A stretch of DNA of 64,000 nucleotides from Candidatus Zipacnadia bacterium (GTDB taxonomy: Bacteria > Armatimonadota > Zipacnadia > Zipacnadales > UBA5352): positions 6,873-70,872 of the forward strand of contig JALGUJ010000003.1 in assembly GCA_029820945.1 (NCBI GenBank). The letters are read 5' to 3'. The position numbers and the translations under genes were made by a program. The notes beneath the pieces are model-generated. The model worked only from the letters and a program-made list of their open reading frames with translations, did not search any database and had not been told where the DNA came from. Each line of letters begins with the position of its first letter. Within the stretch, counting starts at the first letter, position 1. Below, in pieces: positions 9,971 to 18,796 of the stretch.

Positions 9971-10746
9971 GAGTCCGCTCCTTCGTCGCCCGACCGATCG
10001 CAGGGCAGGCAGAGCCCCTCGCGCATCCGCCGGTAGGCGAGAGCGGCAAGGTGCTCGAGGTTCTCGATATCCGCCGCGTTGTAGCGCACGAGCAGGTCGA
10101 GCGATTCGTCGCGGCCGTGGCAGTACTCCCGCCACAGGCGCACCGCATCCCAGCCATCCAGCCCGGCGACATCACCGGGACGGTCGATCCCGACCCTCGT
10201 CTCGATGGCCTTGAGGCCCCCGCGCAGCCCGATGCGGCGCAGCACGTGCATGAGGTCGAGATGCAACTGATCGAGCTGAAGGCCGGGGAAGCGGCGGCGG
10301 AGGAATGGCAGGTCGAAGCTGGAGCCGTTGAAGGTCACGATCATCGAGTACCCTGCGATGACCTCAGGGAACTCGTCGAGGTTGTCGCCAGCGATGAAGC
10401 TGGTGGTACGCGAGCCGTCGTAGAGGCCGACCACGGTGACCGTGTCCGCACCGCTGCAGCCGGTGGTCTCGATATCGAGGTAGGCGGTCCTGGGGCGGAA
10501 GTCGGCCCAGGCGCGCCACTGCTCGGAGCTGCTCAGAGCCCGAGCGAAGTGGCGGTGGTCGCCGCGACGGAGGCTGTGCAGTGACTCCTCGATCAGGCGG
10601 CATGTCTGGCCCCATCGCGCGGGCGAGAAGCCGCCGGGAGAATGGGCATTGAGGGCGCGAGGCCAGGTCAGGATCCCCTGCTCCCACAGCGAGCGCTCGG
10701 TGGCGGGGCCGATCCCGGGAAGATGAACGAAGGTGTGCTCGAGCAT
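9967..10746 (-). CDS. RNase H-like (YprB/RNase_H_2, DEDD) predicted exonuclease with N-terminal HhH-like motif
   Basis: HLPGIGPATERSLW, AYLDIETTG, VTFNGSSFDLPFL, GGLKAIE, YNAADI. Confidence 0.85.
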   Translation of the reverse strand: MLEHTFVHLPGIGPATERSLWEQGILTWPRALNAHSPGGFSPARWGQTCRLIEESLHSLRRGDHRHFARALSSSEQWRAWADFRPRTAYLDIETTGCSGADTVTVVGLYDGSRTTSFIAGDNLDEFPEVIAGYSMIVTFNGSSFDLPFLRRRFPGLQLDQLHLDLMHVLRRIGLRGGLKAIETRVGIDRPGDVAGLDGWDAVRLWREYCHGRDESLDLLVRYNAADIENLEHLAALAYRRMREGLCLPCDRSGDEGADS

Positions 10747-10750
10747 GGTC

Positions 10751-11806
10751 TCAGCCGAGCACCTCTCGGAGGGCATCGCAGACGCGCCTGGTGTCCTCGC
10801 GGGTGACCTGCACGTGCGTGACGAGGCGGATGGCGACGTCGCTGCGGCAGATTGCGAGGATGTCGTAATCGGCAAGGGCGCGACAGAGCGACGGGGCGTC
10901 GAGGTCCTCGCGGCGCACCTCCAGGTTGACCATGTTCGTCTGGACGGTCTCGAGATCGACGTCGATGCCGGGCAGCTCGGCGAGAGTCTCGCCGATCGTC
11001 CTGGCGTTCTCGTGGTCCTCGTGCAGGCGGCCGGGCGCGGTCTCCAGAGCCACGCGGGCGGCCGCTGCCATGACGCCCGCCTGGCGCATGGCGCCGCCCA
11101 CCACGTTGCGCACGTGGCGCGCCCGCTCGATGAACTCCCGGCTGCCACAGATCATCGACCCCACCGGTGCGCCGAGGCTCTTGGAGAAGCAGAACTGCAC
11201 GCTGTCCACGGGCGTCACGAGCTCGGCCGGCTCGACGCCCCGCGCCACCGCCGCGTTGAAGATGCGGGCGCCGTCGAGGTGCACCGGAATGCCATGGCCG
11301 TGGGCGACATCACACAGCGCGCGGGTCTGCTCGACGGTGAGCGCCACGCCGCCGGCCATGTTGTGCGTGTTCTCCAGCTCCAGAAGGCCGGTCGCGCCCC
11401 TGTGCACGTTGGAGCCGTCGGAGATGGCCGCCTCGACGGCCTCCGGGCTCATGACGCCGCGGTTGCCGGGGATGGTGCGCGGCAGCAGCCCGCAGATGGC
11501 CGAGATGCCGCCACCCTCCCACAGGTATACGTGGGCCAGGCGTTCGAGGATGACCTCCTGCCCCGGCTCGGTCAGGCTCTTGATGGCGACGAGGTTGCCC
11601 ATGGTGCCGGAGACGACGAATAGGCCGGCCTCCTTGCCCAGGAGCTCGGCGCACATCTGCTCCAGACGACTGACTGTGGGGTCCTCACCGGCCTTGTCGT
11701 CGCCGACCTCAGCCTCGGCCATGGCGCGGCGCATCTCGTCGGTTGGGAGGGTCTTGGTGTCGCTGCGCAGGTCTATGGTATTGGTGCCAGGGATGGGCAT
11801 TTGCAC
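10751..11806 (-). CDS. ltaE: Low-specificity L-threonine aldolase (PLP)
   Basis: [42 protein letters not shown] (PLP lysine), GGAMRQAG. The start may be ATG at 11800. Confidence 0.93.
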   Translation of the reverse strand: MQMPIPGTNTIDLRSDTKTLPTDEMRRAMAEAEVGDDKAGEDPTVSRLEQMCAELLGKEAGLFVVSGTMGNLVAIKSLTEPGQEVILERLAHVYLWEGGGISAICGLLPRTIPGNRGVMSPEAVEAAISDGSNVHRGATGLLELENTHNMAGGVALTVEQTRALCDVAHGHGIPVHLDGARIFNAAVARGVEPAELVTPVDSVQFCFSKSLGAPVGSMICGSREFIERARHVRNVVGGAMRQAGVMAAAARVALETAPGRLHEDHENARTIGETLAELPGIDVDLETVQTNMVNLEVRREDLDAPSLCRALADYDILAICRSDVAIRLVTHVQVTREDTRRVCDALREVLG

Positions 11807-11829
11807 CGGGCCTCCTGGTGGCCGTCAAC

Positions 11830-11863
11830 AGAGAAAACGGCCGCGGACGGTGCTCCGCGGCCG
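11830..11863 (-). terminator. Intrinsic terminator-like hairpin
   Basis: Minus strand: CGGCCGCGGA-gcaccg-TCCGCGGCCG (perfect 10-bp stem) followed by TTTTCTCT. Confidence 0.7.
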
Positions 11864-11883
11864 CACATTCGGCTCTCGCAGAA

Positions 11884-12528
11884 CTATATCTTGCGCGGTC
11901 GCAGCCGCGCTCGTCTGACCAGGAACGCGACGAAGCGGTAGGTCGGATAGCCGACGAGACAGACGAGGAAGACGATGGCGTCCCAGCGCACGGCCTTCGC
12001 CGTGGCCTTTACCTCGTATTCCTCCTTATCCGCGGTGAAGCTCCACACGGCGTGGCGCCCGTCCACACTCGCGGCGGGGCTGGTGCTCTCTATCGTGCCC
12101 GGCATGGTCAGGCGGTACTCGAACTGAGTCACCGGTGCGGCGGCCCGCTCCCTCTCGTTGCCGAGGAAGTCAACCTTGATGGTCTCCTGCCAAGTGTAGT
12201 AAGTGACGAATGAGAGGGGTCGCCGGACGATGTCGTATGCGACCGCCTGCACGTCATGGCCCGCCGCGAGGTTGTGCTTCTGGGTGCTCCGGTAGACCTT
12301 CACGCTGTCGGTGGACATCTGCACGCCGTCGCCGTGGTAGCCGCGGGTCATTTCCCCCGCCCACTTGACCAGCTCCTCACGCAGCGAGCTGTCACCGGAG
12401 ACCTGCACGCGGCGAACCCCCGAGAGGTCCCCGTACATCCTCGTGGTCACCACGACCTGGTCGGAGTTCAGCAGCAGGACGAAGGGAATCGTGATCAGCA
12501 GTGACGTTCGCGGTGCTCTCGTCACCAT
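11884..12528 (-). CDS. Hypothetical membrane-anchored protein (LppM-like beta domain possible)
   Basis: ATG at 12528 after GGAGGAGG; N-terminal hydrophobic stretch, FEYRLTMPGTIESTS, C-terminal TM helix with basic tail. Confidence 0.6.
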   Translation of the reverse strand: MVTRAPRTSLLITIPFVLLLNSDQVVVTTRMYGDLSGVRRVQVSGDSSLREELVKWAGEMTRGYHGDGVQMSTDSVKVYRSTQKHNLAAGHDVQAVAYDIVRRPLSFVTYYTWQETIKVDFLGNERERAAAPVTQFEYRLTMPGTIESTSPAASVDGRHAVWSFTADKEEYEVKATAKAVRWDAIVFLVCLVGYPTYRFVAFLVRRARLRPRKI

Positions 12529-12544
12529 CCGTCCTCCTCCACGC

Positions 12545-13228
12545 TCAGAAGGTGACCTGCTCATCGTCCTCTTCGTCCGCGAACAGCTCCGGGTCGTCCG
12601 CCAGATCCGCTGTCTCCTCCTCCGCCGGCGGCCCCGCGTCCTCCGGCTCCTCGAACTCGATGTCGTCCACGAATGCAGTGGCGTCGGGCCACTGCTCCTG
12701 GGCGTCCGGAGCCTCGGAGTCTTGGTCGGCGAGCTCGGCGGCGGCCTCCTCGGCGGTCAACTCCTCCGCCGCGAGCGCTTCCTCCTCGGCAAGGGCCTCC
12801 TCATCGAGCAGCGCCTCCGCCGCCACGAGCTCCGCCACCGCGACCTCCTCCGCCGCGGCCTCCTCGGCGGCGCGCGCGCGCTTGGCGCGCACCTCCAGCA
12901 GCCAGGCGGTCACCATGCCGAGCAGGAAGAGCACCACGAAGACAACGGCCCTGGGCGCATCGAGGTAGAGGCCGAAGAAGTTGATGCGCAACGGCGCCCA
13001 ATTGCCGATGATAAACATGACCAGGACGAGCGCCAGCAGAGTCCATCCGAAGGTGCGCCAGTCCGGTGCCGGCAGCCGGATCCTCTCCACCGCAGCGCGG
13101 CATCGCTCGATCGTCCTGGCCACGAGTCCCGGCTTGCGCGGCCCGGCCGTGCGTGCCCCTTCCTCGCGTTCGCCCGCCTCATGAGCGGCCGCCATCCGGT
13201 CCTTGAGCCCCGCATCCTCGTTCGCCAC
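12545..13228 (-). CDS. LapA/DUF1049-like membrane protein with long acidic Glu/Ala tail
   Basis: Two TM segments with FIIGNWAPLRINFFGLYLDAP...LFLLG; low-complexity tail AEEAAAEE...EEDDEQVTF; GTG at 13228 after GGAGAGAGGAG. Confidence 0.7.
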   Translation of the reverse strand: MANEDAGLKDRMAAAHEAGEREEGARTAGPRKPGLVARTIERCRAAVERIRLPAPDWRTFGWTLLALVLVMFIIGNWAPLRINFFGLYLDAPRAVVFVVLFLLGMVTAWLLEVRAKRARAAEEAAAEEVAVAELVAAEALLDEEALAEEEALAAEELTAEEAAAELADQDSEAPDAQEQWPDATAFVDDIEFEEPEDAGPPAEEETADLADDPELFADEEDDEQVTF

Positions 13229-13272
13229 GAAGGCACTCCTCTCTCCAACGGGCCGTACAGGCATGCCGGAGC

Positions 13273-13302
13273 ATTATAGGGCGGCGCCTTCGGCCGAGTC
13301 AA
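13273..13302 (-). promoter_or_regulatory. Sigma70-type promoter for the minus-strand gene run starting at 13228
   Basis: Minus strand TTGACT-N18-TATAAT. Confidence 0.7.
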
Positions 13303-13438
13303 GCCAGTGCCCGCCGGGGGGCCATCCTCCGGTCGCGGGTGGCGGGCGAGGGCCAAGCAGCGATTCCCGAGAAGGGAGCCCCGGCGTCTGCGGTGAAACC
13401 CAGCGCGGTCCGGCAAGCAGTATGACTGGAGGCCCGAC

Positions 13439-14542
13439 ATGACGTCGCGAGAGCGGATGCTGGCGGCCTTTCGCATTGAGGAGACCGACCACTTCCCGAT
13501 GTACGTGCGGGGAGTGCGAGTCTGGGACCAGCAGTGGTGCGAGAGCCGCCACGAGAGCTACCGGCCGGTCATCGAGGCCGTGCGCGAGCACGGTGACTAC
13601 GAGGTGGGCTTCGGGCTGGGCGGCGGGCCGCTGCTGACCGCGCACCCAATCGAGAGCGAGAGCACGAGCGAGGACGTGGGCGACTGGATCATCCAGCGCA
13701 CCACGATGCACACGCCCGCCGGCGACCTACACGCCGCGCGCAAGATCAGCACGCGCGGCCTCCCGGGCCTGCAGGTCGAGTACTTCGTCAAAACCCTGGA
13801 GGACCTCGACAGGCTGCTGTCGGTGCCTTACGAGCCCGTGCGCCCCGACCTGTCGCGCTTCTTCGAGCTGGATGAGGAGATCGGCGACGACGGGATCGTG
13901 ATGTGCGCAATGCCCGTGCCGATCTACAGCCTGGCGCTGCTCACCGGCTCGGACCTGCTGGCGGTGTGGTCGCTCACCGAGCGGCAGAGGGTCAATGAGA
14001 TGGTGGAGGTCTTCCTGGAGCGCACGCTGGACATGATCGACCACGCCATCGCCGGGGGCGTCGGACCGATCTTCTGCAGCCTGGGGGAGGAGTTCATGAC
14101 GCCGCCGCTGGCGGGCCCGCGCGACTTCCGGGAGTTCGTGGTCGAGCCCGGCCGCCAGATCCGCGACCGCCTGCGCCAGGCCGGGATGCTCCGGCACATC
14201 CACTGCCACGGGCCACTCAACGACATCCTGGAGGAGTTCGTGGAGCTGGGCGCCAACTGCCTGCACCCCATCGAGGGGCCGCCGCTGGGCGACGTGCCCT
14301 TCGAGGACGCCAAGCGGCGTATCGGCGACCGCGTCTGCCTGGAGGGCAACATCCAGATCGGCGACCTCTACCACGATCCGACCGACGTTCTCGTCGAGAA
14401 GGTCAAGCGAACCATCGATGTCGGGGTCCCGGGCGGAGGGTTCATCCTCTGCCCCACCGCCTCACCCCACACCGCCGAGCTGACGCCGCAGACGGTGAAG
14501 AACTACGTCGCCATGGTTCAGACCGCGGCCGAGATGTGGTAG
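13439..14542 (+). CDS. Uroporphyrinogen decarboxylase (URO-D/MtaA-like) family protein
   Basis: MTSRERMLAAF, HIHCHG, LHPIE, LEGNI, GGGFIL. Confidence 0.85.
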   Translation: MTSRERMLAAFRIEETDHFPMYVRGVRVWDQQWCESRHESYRPVIEAVREHGDYEVGFGLGGGPLLTAHPIESESTSEDVGDWIIQRTTMHTPAGDLHAARKISTRGLPGLQVEYFVKTLEDLDRLLSVPYEPVRPDLSRFFELDEEIGDDGIVMCAMPVPIYSLALLTGSDLLAVWSLTERQRVNEMVEVFLERTLDMIDHAIAGGVGPIFCSLGEEFMTPPLAGPRDFREFVVEPGRQIRDRLRQAGMLRHIHCHGPLNDILEEFVELGANCLHPIEGPPLGDVPFEDAKRRIGDRVCLEGNIQIGDLYHDPTDVLVEKVKRTIDVGVPGGGFILCPTASPHTAELTPQTVKNYVAMVQTAAEMW

Positions 14543-14552
14543 CCACCGCCGC

Positions 14553-15218
14553 CTATCGATCGCCCTCCCGGACCTCGATGCGCGGCGGGGCCCAGCGCAC
14601 CTCCGGTCGGGGGCGGTTGAGCTCCTCCTCAGTGCGCAGGTCGAACTCGGCCATCTGCTCCAGGCCATCCACGGAGAACTGGCGCAGCAGGTAGCCGCGC
14701 AGCGCGTAGATGAAGTCACCCTCGGCGCTGAACTGCAGGTGCACCGGCACCATGGCGGGGTCCGGGCGGCTGAGGGCCTCTCCCGGGCCGGCCTCACCGC
14801 CACGCTCCTCCTCAGCGCGGAGGTCAACCTGCGCCTGGAGCTGCAGGTCGTCGGCGGCGAGATACTGGTAGAGCATCCAGCCGCGGGCGACGTAGACGTA
14901 GTCGCCCACCACATGCATTTCGGCCGGGACCATCTCCGGACCGGGCGGGATGCGCCGGAACTGCCCCGCCCCGTCGCCGGCGATGGAGATGACGTAGCCC
15001 CTCGCGCCGGGGCGCTCGTGAGCCAGCTCCCGGAAGTGCCGGGCGCGCTCCCGCTCCAGTCGGGCCTGGTCGCCCTCCGGGCCCTCACCGGCCTCGGCCG
15101 GCTCGCGGTCGGCGTCGGCGGCCTCGGCCGGCTCGGCGTCACTCCAGGCGCCGCAGGCAAGTGCGCACACCAGCAGTGTGAGCATCAGCAGCCTCGTAGC
15201 ACGGCAAGCCGTCAACAT
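14553..15218 (-). CDS. Secreted hypothetical protein with two ~45-aa internal repeats
   Basis: Signal peptide; repeats PEMVP..GDYVYVARGWMLYQY..DDL..QVDLRAEEE and PAMVP..GDFIYALRGYLLRQF..DGL..EFDLRTEEE. Confidence 0.65.
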   Translation of the reverse strand: MLTACRATRLLMLTLLVCALACGAWSDAEPAEAADADREPAEAGEGPEGDQARLERERARHFRELAHERPGARGYVISIAGDGAGQFRRIPPGPEMVPAEMHVVGDYVYVARGWMLYQYLAADDLQLQAQVDLRAEEERGGEAGPGEALSRPDPAMVPVHLQFSAEGDFIYALRGYLLRQFSVDGLEQMAEFDLRTEEELNRPRPEVRWAPPRIEVREGDR

Positions 15219-15237
15219 GCCACTCCTCTCCTTCGCG

Positions 15238-16023
15238 TCAGTCAACTATGTCGCGCAGATACGCGAGGTTGTAGTTACCCGCCTCCAGCGGGTCATCGGT
15301 CGGCGGGGTCTCCAGGATCAGCCAGCCGTCGTACCCGATGTCGCGCAGCGTGTCCACGCACAGCGGGATGTCCACGATTCCGTCACCGAGCAGGTCCGCC
15401 TCGCGGTCCTTGACGTGGACCACGCCGATTAGCTCGGCGAGGTACTCGATCTCGGCCACGGCATCATTGCCGAAGGCGCAGGCGTTGCCGATATCGTAGT
15501 AAGTGAGCACGTTCGGGCTGCTGACGCCGTCGGTCAGGCTCTTGAGGTCCTCGGCCGACTGGCCGCAGCCGCGGCCCACGTTCTCGAGGCAGAGGCTGAC
15601 TCCCGCCTGCTCGGCCACGGGTGCGATGGCCCGCATCTCGCGGATCCAGCGCGCCTGGCACTCCTCGTAGCTGATCTCCTCCTCGGCCGGCGTGACGGGG
15701 ACGAGGATCCACCGGGCCCCGAGGTCGGCCGCCGCCTCAATGCCGGCGGCTAGCAGATGGCGGGCGGTCTCGAGCAGCTCCTCCCCGCTGGCGGCGGGGC
15801 TGTACTGCCAGAGCGCGCCGATGCACAGCGACGGCACCTCGACCCCCGTCTTCTCCGAGAGCGCCCTGATGCGCTCCCGCCCCGCCTCCGACAGCACGAG
15901 CTCATCCTCGTACTCGGCGCGGATGTCGAGCTCCACGCCGTCGAAGCCTATCTGCGCGGCCTGCTCGAACAGCTCGTCCATCTCCGGGAAACCCATCGAT
16001 CCGTTGCGAATGCCGATCTTCAT
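15238..16023 (-). CDS. Sugar phosphate isomerase/epimerase (xylose-isomerase-like TIM barrel)
   Basis: GFDGVEL, LCLENV, YYDIGN, VHVKD, GYDGWLILET. Confidence 0.9.
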   Translation of the reverse strand: MKIGIRNGSMGFPEMDELFEQAAQIGFDGVELDIRAEYEDELVLSEAGRERIRALSEKTGVEVPSLCIGALWQYSPAASGEELLETARHLLAAGIEAAADLGARWILVPVTPAEEEISYEECQARWIREMRAIAPVAEQAGVSLCLENVGRGCGQSAEDLKSLTDGVSSPNVLTYYDIGNACAFGNDAVAEIEYLAELIGVVHVKDREADLLGDGIVDIPLCVDTLRDIGYDGWLILETPPTDDPLEAGNYNLAYLRDIVD

Positions 16024-16117
16024 ACGGTCATCTCCTCATGCGACCCTTCATTGCGACGGCCCAGCGCCCACGCTTGCCGGGCGCCGGGCCGCGTGTCACG
16101 GATAGCCGTCCGGAACG

Positions 16118-17248
16118 CTACTTCGACAGGCCCACCGGCTCGCGGAAGCGATGGGCCAGATGGCGCAGATGCTCACCGAACGTCTCGGCGTCGGCGATGC
16201 CGCCGTGCTCCCACACACCGACGAGCCAGGCGTGATAGCGGTTCCGGTCCGACTTCAGCCGAACGACGTACGCGTCGTCCTCCTCGGGCAACACGTCCCA
16301 GGTCAGGAACCACTCGGGATCGAAGATGACGGCCAGGCCGGTCTGCCCGATGATGTCGGGCTGCTGGCCGATCAGCCCCAGGATGCCCTCTGACGCCGCG
16401 CCCAGGAAGACTTCCGGGTGAGGGATGCGGCGGACGCCCAGCCCGAAGGGGCCGCCTCCGGGACGGAGCTGATCGACCTCGAAGCGCGCGTCGATGAAGT
16501 CATGGTGCGCGTAGACGAAGTAGCGGATCACGGCATTGAAGACGCCACCCGGCGGTGCCTGCCAGCCCGCCACCGTCACCTCCAGGCCGGCGCGAACGGG
16601 GCCGTCGCACAGCTCGCGGTACTCGTACCCATCGTTCTCGCTGGCCAGAGGCCGGCTGTCGCCGATGATCGGCCCGCCGAGGCCCATGCTGCTCCCCACC
16701 AGCAGGTAGTCCACGGCGACGGGGTTGTCCTCGTGGTAGTTGACGCCCTCGAGGTCGTCAAGCGACAGGCGCCAGGCCTCGGGGCGCTTGCCGTAGAGGT
16801 CCCACTGCAGCGAGCCGGGCAAGCCGGCCGGGGCGTAGATGCCGTAGAGCCCGAACCCCATGCGGTCGGTGTCCAGGGCCGCGTAGCCGTCGTATCGCCA
16901 GCTCGTGCGCGCGTCGGCCCGGTCGCCTGAGCCGGACCACGACCGGGCTGCATCGACCCAGACCCGCAGGCTCTGCTCGGGCGCGAGATTGAGGATCATC
17001 ACGAGCTCGTCGCCCACTCCGTCGCCGTCGAGGTCATCGATCTGAACGGGGATGACGGCGCCGCCGGGCAGCACTCCCTGGACCGTGCCGGGGGCCAGGG
17101 CCTGGCCGAGCAGGGAGGCGGGGCCTACGCAGATAGCGTTGGGCCGCGGTGCGTCGAGCGGATTGGCTGCGATCAGGGTCACGGGCTCCGTGCCCCCCGC
17201 CGCCGCGAGCGCGAGAATGCAGGCGAGGACGCTGCACGTCCTGATCAT
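16118..17248 (-). CDS. Secreted DUF4861-like protein
   Basis: Signal peptide MIRTCSVLACILALAAA; NPLDAPR...PVQIDDLDGDGVGDEL, DLYGK, YHED..VDYLLVGSSMGLGG, GPVRA. Confidence 0.65.
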   Translation of the reverse strand: MIRTCSVLACILALAAAGGTEPVTLIAANPLDAPRPNAICVGPASLLGQALAPGTVQGVLPGGAVIPVQIDDLDGDGVGDELVMILNLAPEQSLRVWVDAARSWSGSGDRADARTSWRYDGYAALDTDRMGFGLYGIYAPAGLPGSLQWDLYGKRPEAWRLSLDDLEGVNYHEDNPVAVDYLLVGSSMGLGGPIIGDSRPLASENDGYEYRELCDGPVRAGLEVTVAGWQAPPGGVFNAVIRYFVYAHHDFIDARFEVDQLRPGGGPFGLGVRRIPHPEVFLGAASEGILGLIGQQPDIIGQTGLAVIFDPEWFLTWDVLPEEDDAYVVRLKSDRNRYHAWLVGVWEHGGIADAETFGEHLRHLAHRFREPVGLSK

Positions 17249-17559
17249 GCGAAGCCCCTCCCGGTAGGCACCGCTGCCGGCCCATTCGGCGACGACAAGG
17301 GTCGCGCCCTCGACCCCGAGGACGCAGATCCTCTCCGCCTCGTCGATGTGCTCGCCAGCGGGCGCCCGAGGTACAGAAGCAGGGCCGTGGCGACCACGAA
17401 GGCGGCCCACGGCGCCCACACCACGCCCGGCAGCAATGCGGACAGAAGGGCCGCCACGAAGCACCCACCTCCGACCCAGAGCATGAACAGCGTCCCTGAG
17501 AGCAGGTCGATGATCAGCGCGATTACGCCGGCGATGATCCAGATGCCGTAGGTCGCCAT
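17245..17559 (-). pseudogene. NfeD-like gene with internal deletion/frameshift
   Basis: N-terminal TM part WIIAGVIALIIDLLSGTLFMLW...LLYLGRPLA; the NfeD C-terminal signature EHIDEAERICVLGVEGATLVV starts near 17355 in a different frame; the central OB-fold strands are absent. Confidence 0.6.
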
Positions 17560-17587
17560 CTCCTTACCTCCCCGTAGTCCTCTGGCC

Positions 17588-18643
17588 TCAGAACGTCTTC
17601 AAGGTGGCATCCAGCCTGCCGATGAAGGCCAGCGAGTAGGCCTGAAAGAACACGCTGACCGGCAGCATCAGGCAATTGGCGATATACGAGACCACGGCCA
17701 TGCCCAGCCCGACGACGATGACGGCGGGCACGGCCAGGTAGACCATGGAGCCGGACATCGATGCACCGAAGGCGCCCACCGCGGCGAAGAGGCCCCCCAG
17801 CGACAGGGCCGGCAGGATAAGCAGCAGCGCCGCCACCATGCCGACGATCCCCGCCACGAAGCCAGCGCCGATCGCCAGCAGCATCCTCAGCACGTAGAAC
17901 AGCACGACCTCCCAGAACCTGCCGCGCCACGCCCGGCCCACCAGGCGCCAGCCCGCGAAGACCCCGCAGCCTCCGGCGTACATCGCCGGCACCAGCAAGT
18001 CCTCCGTGAGCGCCAGCAGAAGCGCGAATCCCAGCACCGCCACGAATCCTGCCCCCAGCAGCGCCAGTATCCCGCCGACGCCCAGAGCGGTCGGCAGCAG
18101 CTCGCCGCTGCCCAGCATCCCCCCGCTGGCGACGAGGGGCACCACGGCCAGGGCCACCATCAGCAGTCCCACGAGCCCGATCGCAAGGTACCAGCCCATC
18201 AGGGACAGGCCCTCACCCGCGTGACGCCGGGTAGAGGCCCCCAGTGCCGGCTCCGCCGGCGCCGCCACGCAGTCCACGAACACGAAGCGAAAGACGCTGC
18301 GGATGTACAGGACCGCCAGAGAGACGACTATCCAGATGAGCAGCAGCCCTATGGCCAACACGGCCAGGTTCGCCAGGTTGTCGCCGAACCATCGCAGAGC
18401 GTTGCCCACGGCCTCGAGCGCTTCGCGGCCACCAAGCACAGCGCCCGGCCCCTGCTCCGCACCTGATGACGGCACGGCGGGCGGACAGCCGTTGAAGCCC
18501 GCCGAGCCCTGCAGCACTGACGCCCCCAGCATGGCGACGAAGCCGAACTTCAGCCACCTGGCGGGGTCGAAGCGCTCGAAGAGCAACTCGCGCGTGCGCC
18601 CCCATGCGTCCCGTATGCTGTCAGTGACTATGGAGCTGTCCAT
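17588..18643 (-). CDS. Integral membrane protein (DUF7544-like)
   Basis: DAWGRTRELLFERFDPARWLKFGF, YIRSVFRFVFVD, many TM segments, VFFQAYSLAFI. Confidence 0.7.
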   Translation of the reverse strand: MDSSIVTDSIRDAWGRTRELLFERFDPARWLKFGFVAMLGASVLQGSAGFNGCPPAVPSSGAEQGPGAVLGGREALEAVGNALRWFGDNLANLAVLAIGLLLIWIVVSLAVLYIRSVFRFVFVDCVAAPAEPALGASTRRHAGEGLSLMGWYLAIGLVGLLMVALAVVPLVASGGMLGSGELLPTALGVGGILALLGAGFVAVLGFALLLALTEDLLVPAMYAGGCGVFAGWRLVGRAWRGRFWEVVLFYVLRMLLAIGAGFVAGIVGMVAALLLILPALSLGGLFAAVGAFGASMSGSMVYLAVPAVIVVGLGMAVVSYIANCLMLPVSVFFQAYSLAFIGRLDATLKTF

Positions 18644-18727
18644 GTCGGTTGGGTGGGGCGGCGCGACCACACTCAGATTAGCCGTGCTCCGGCCCGAGAC
18701 CTGCTTCCCCCGCTGCAATTCCACGGC

Positions 18728-18756
18728 TTGACAACCGACTCGGCGGGCGGTATCCT
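18728..18756 (+). promoter_or_regulatory. Sigma70-type promoter for the DHDPS-family gene
   Basis: TTGACA-N17-TATCCT, 40 nt upstream of ATG 18797. Confidence 0.7.
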
Positions 18757-18796
18757 GCGGGCGTCATCCCAGAGCGGCTGAGGAGGCCCGTTCGCC

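Noticed and set aside
13439-14542. hemE for the URO-D-family gene, and dapA for 18797-19735
   Set aside because: The hemE RQAGR motif is absent, and both genes sit among catabolic genes; treated as paralogues without gene symbols.
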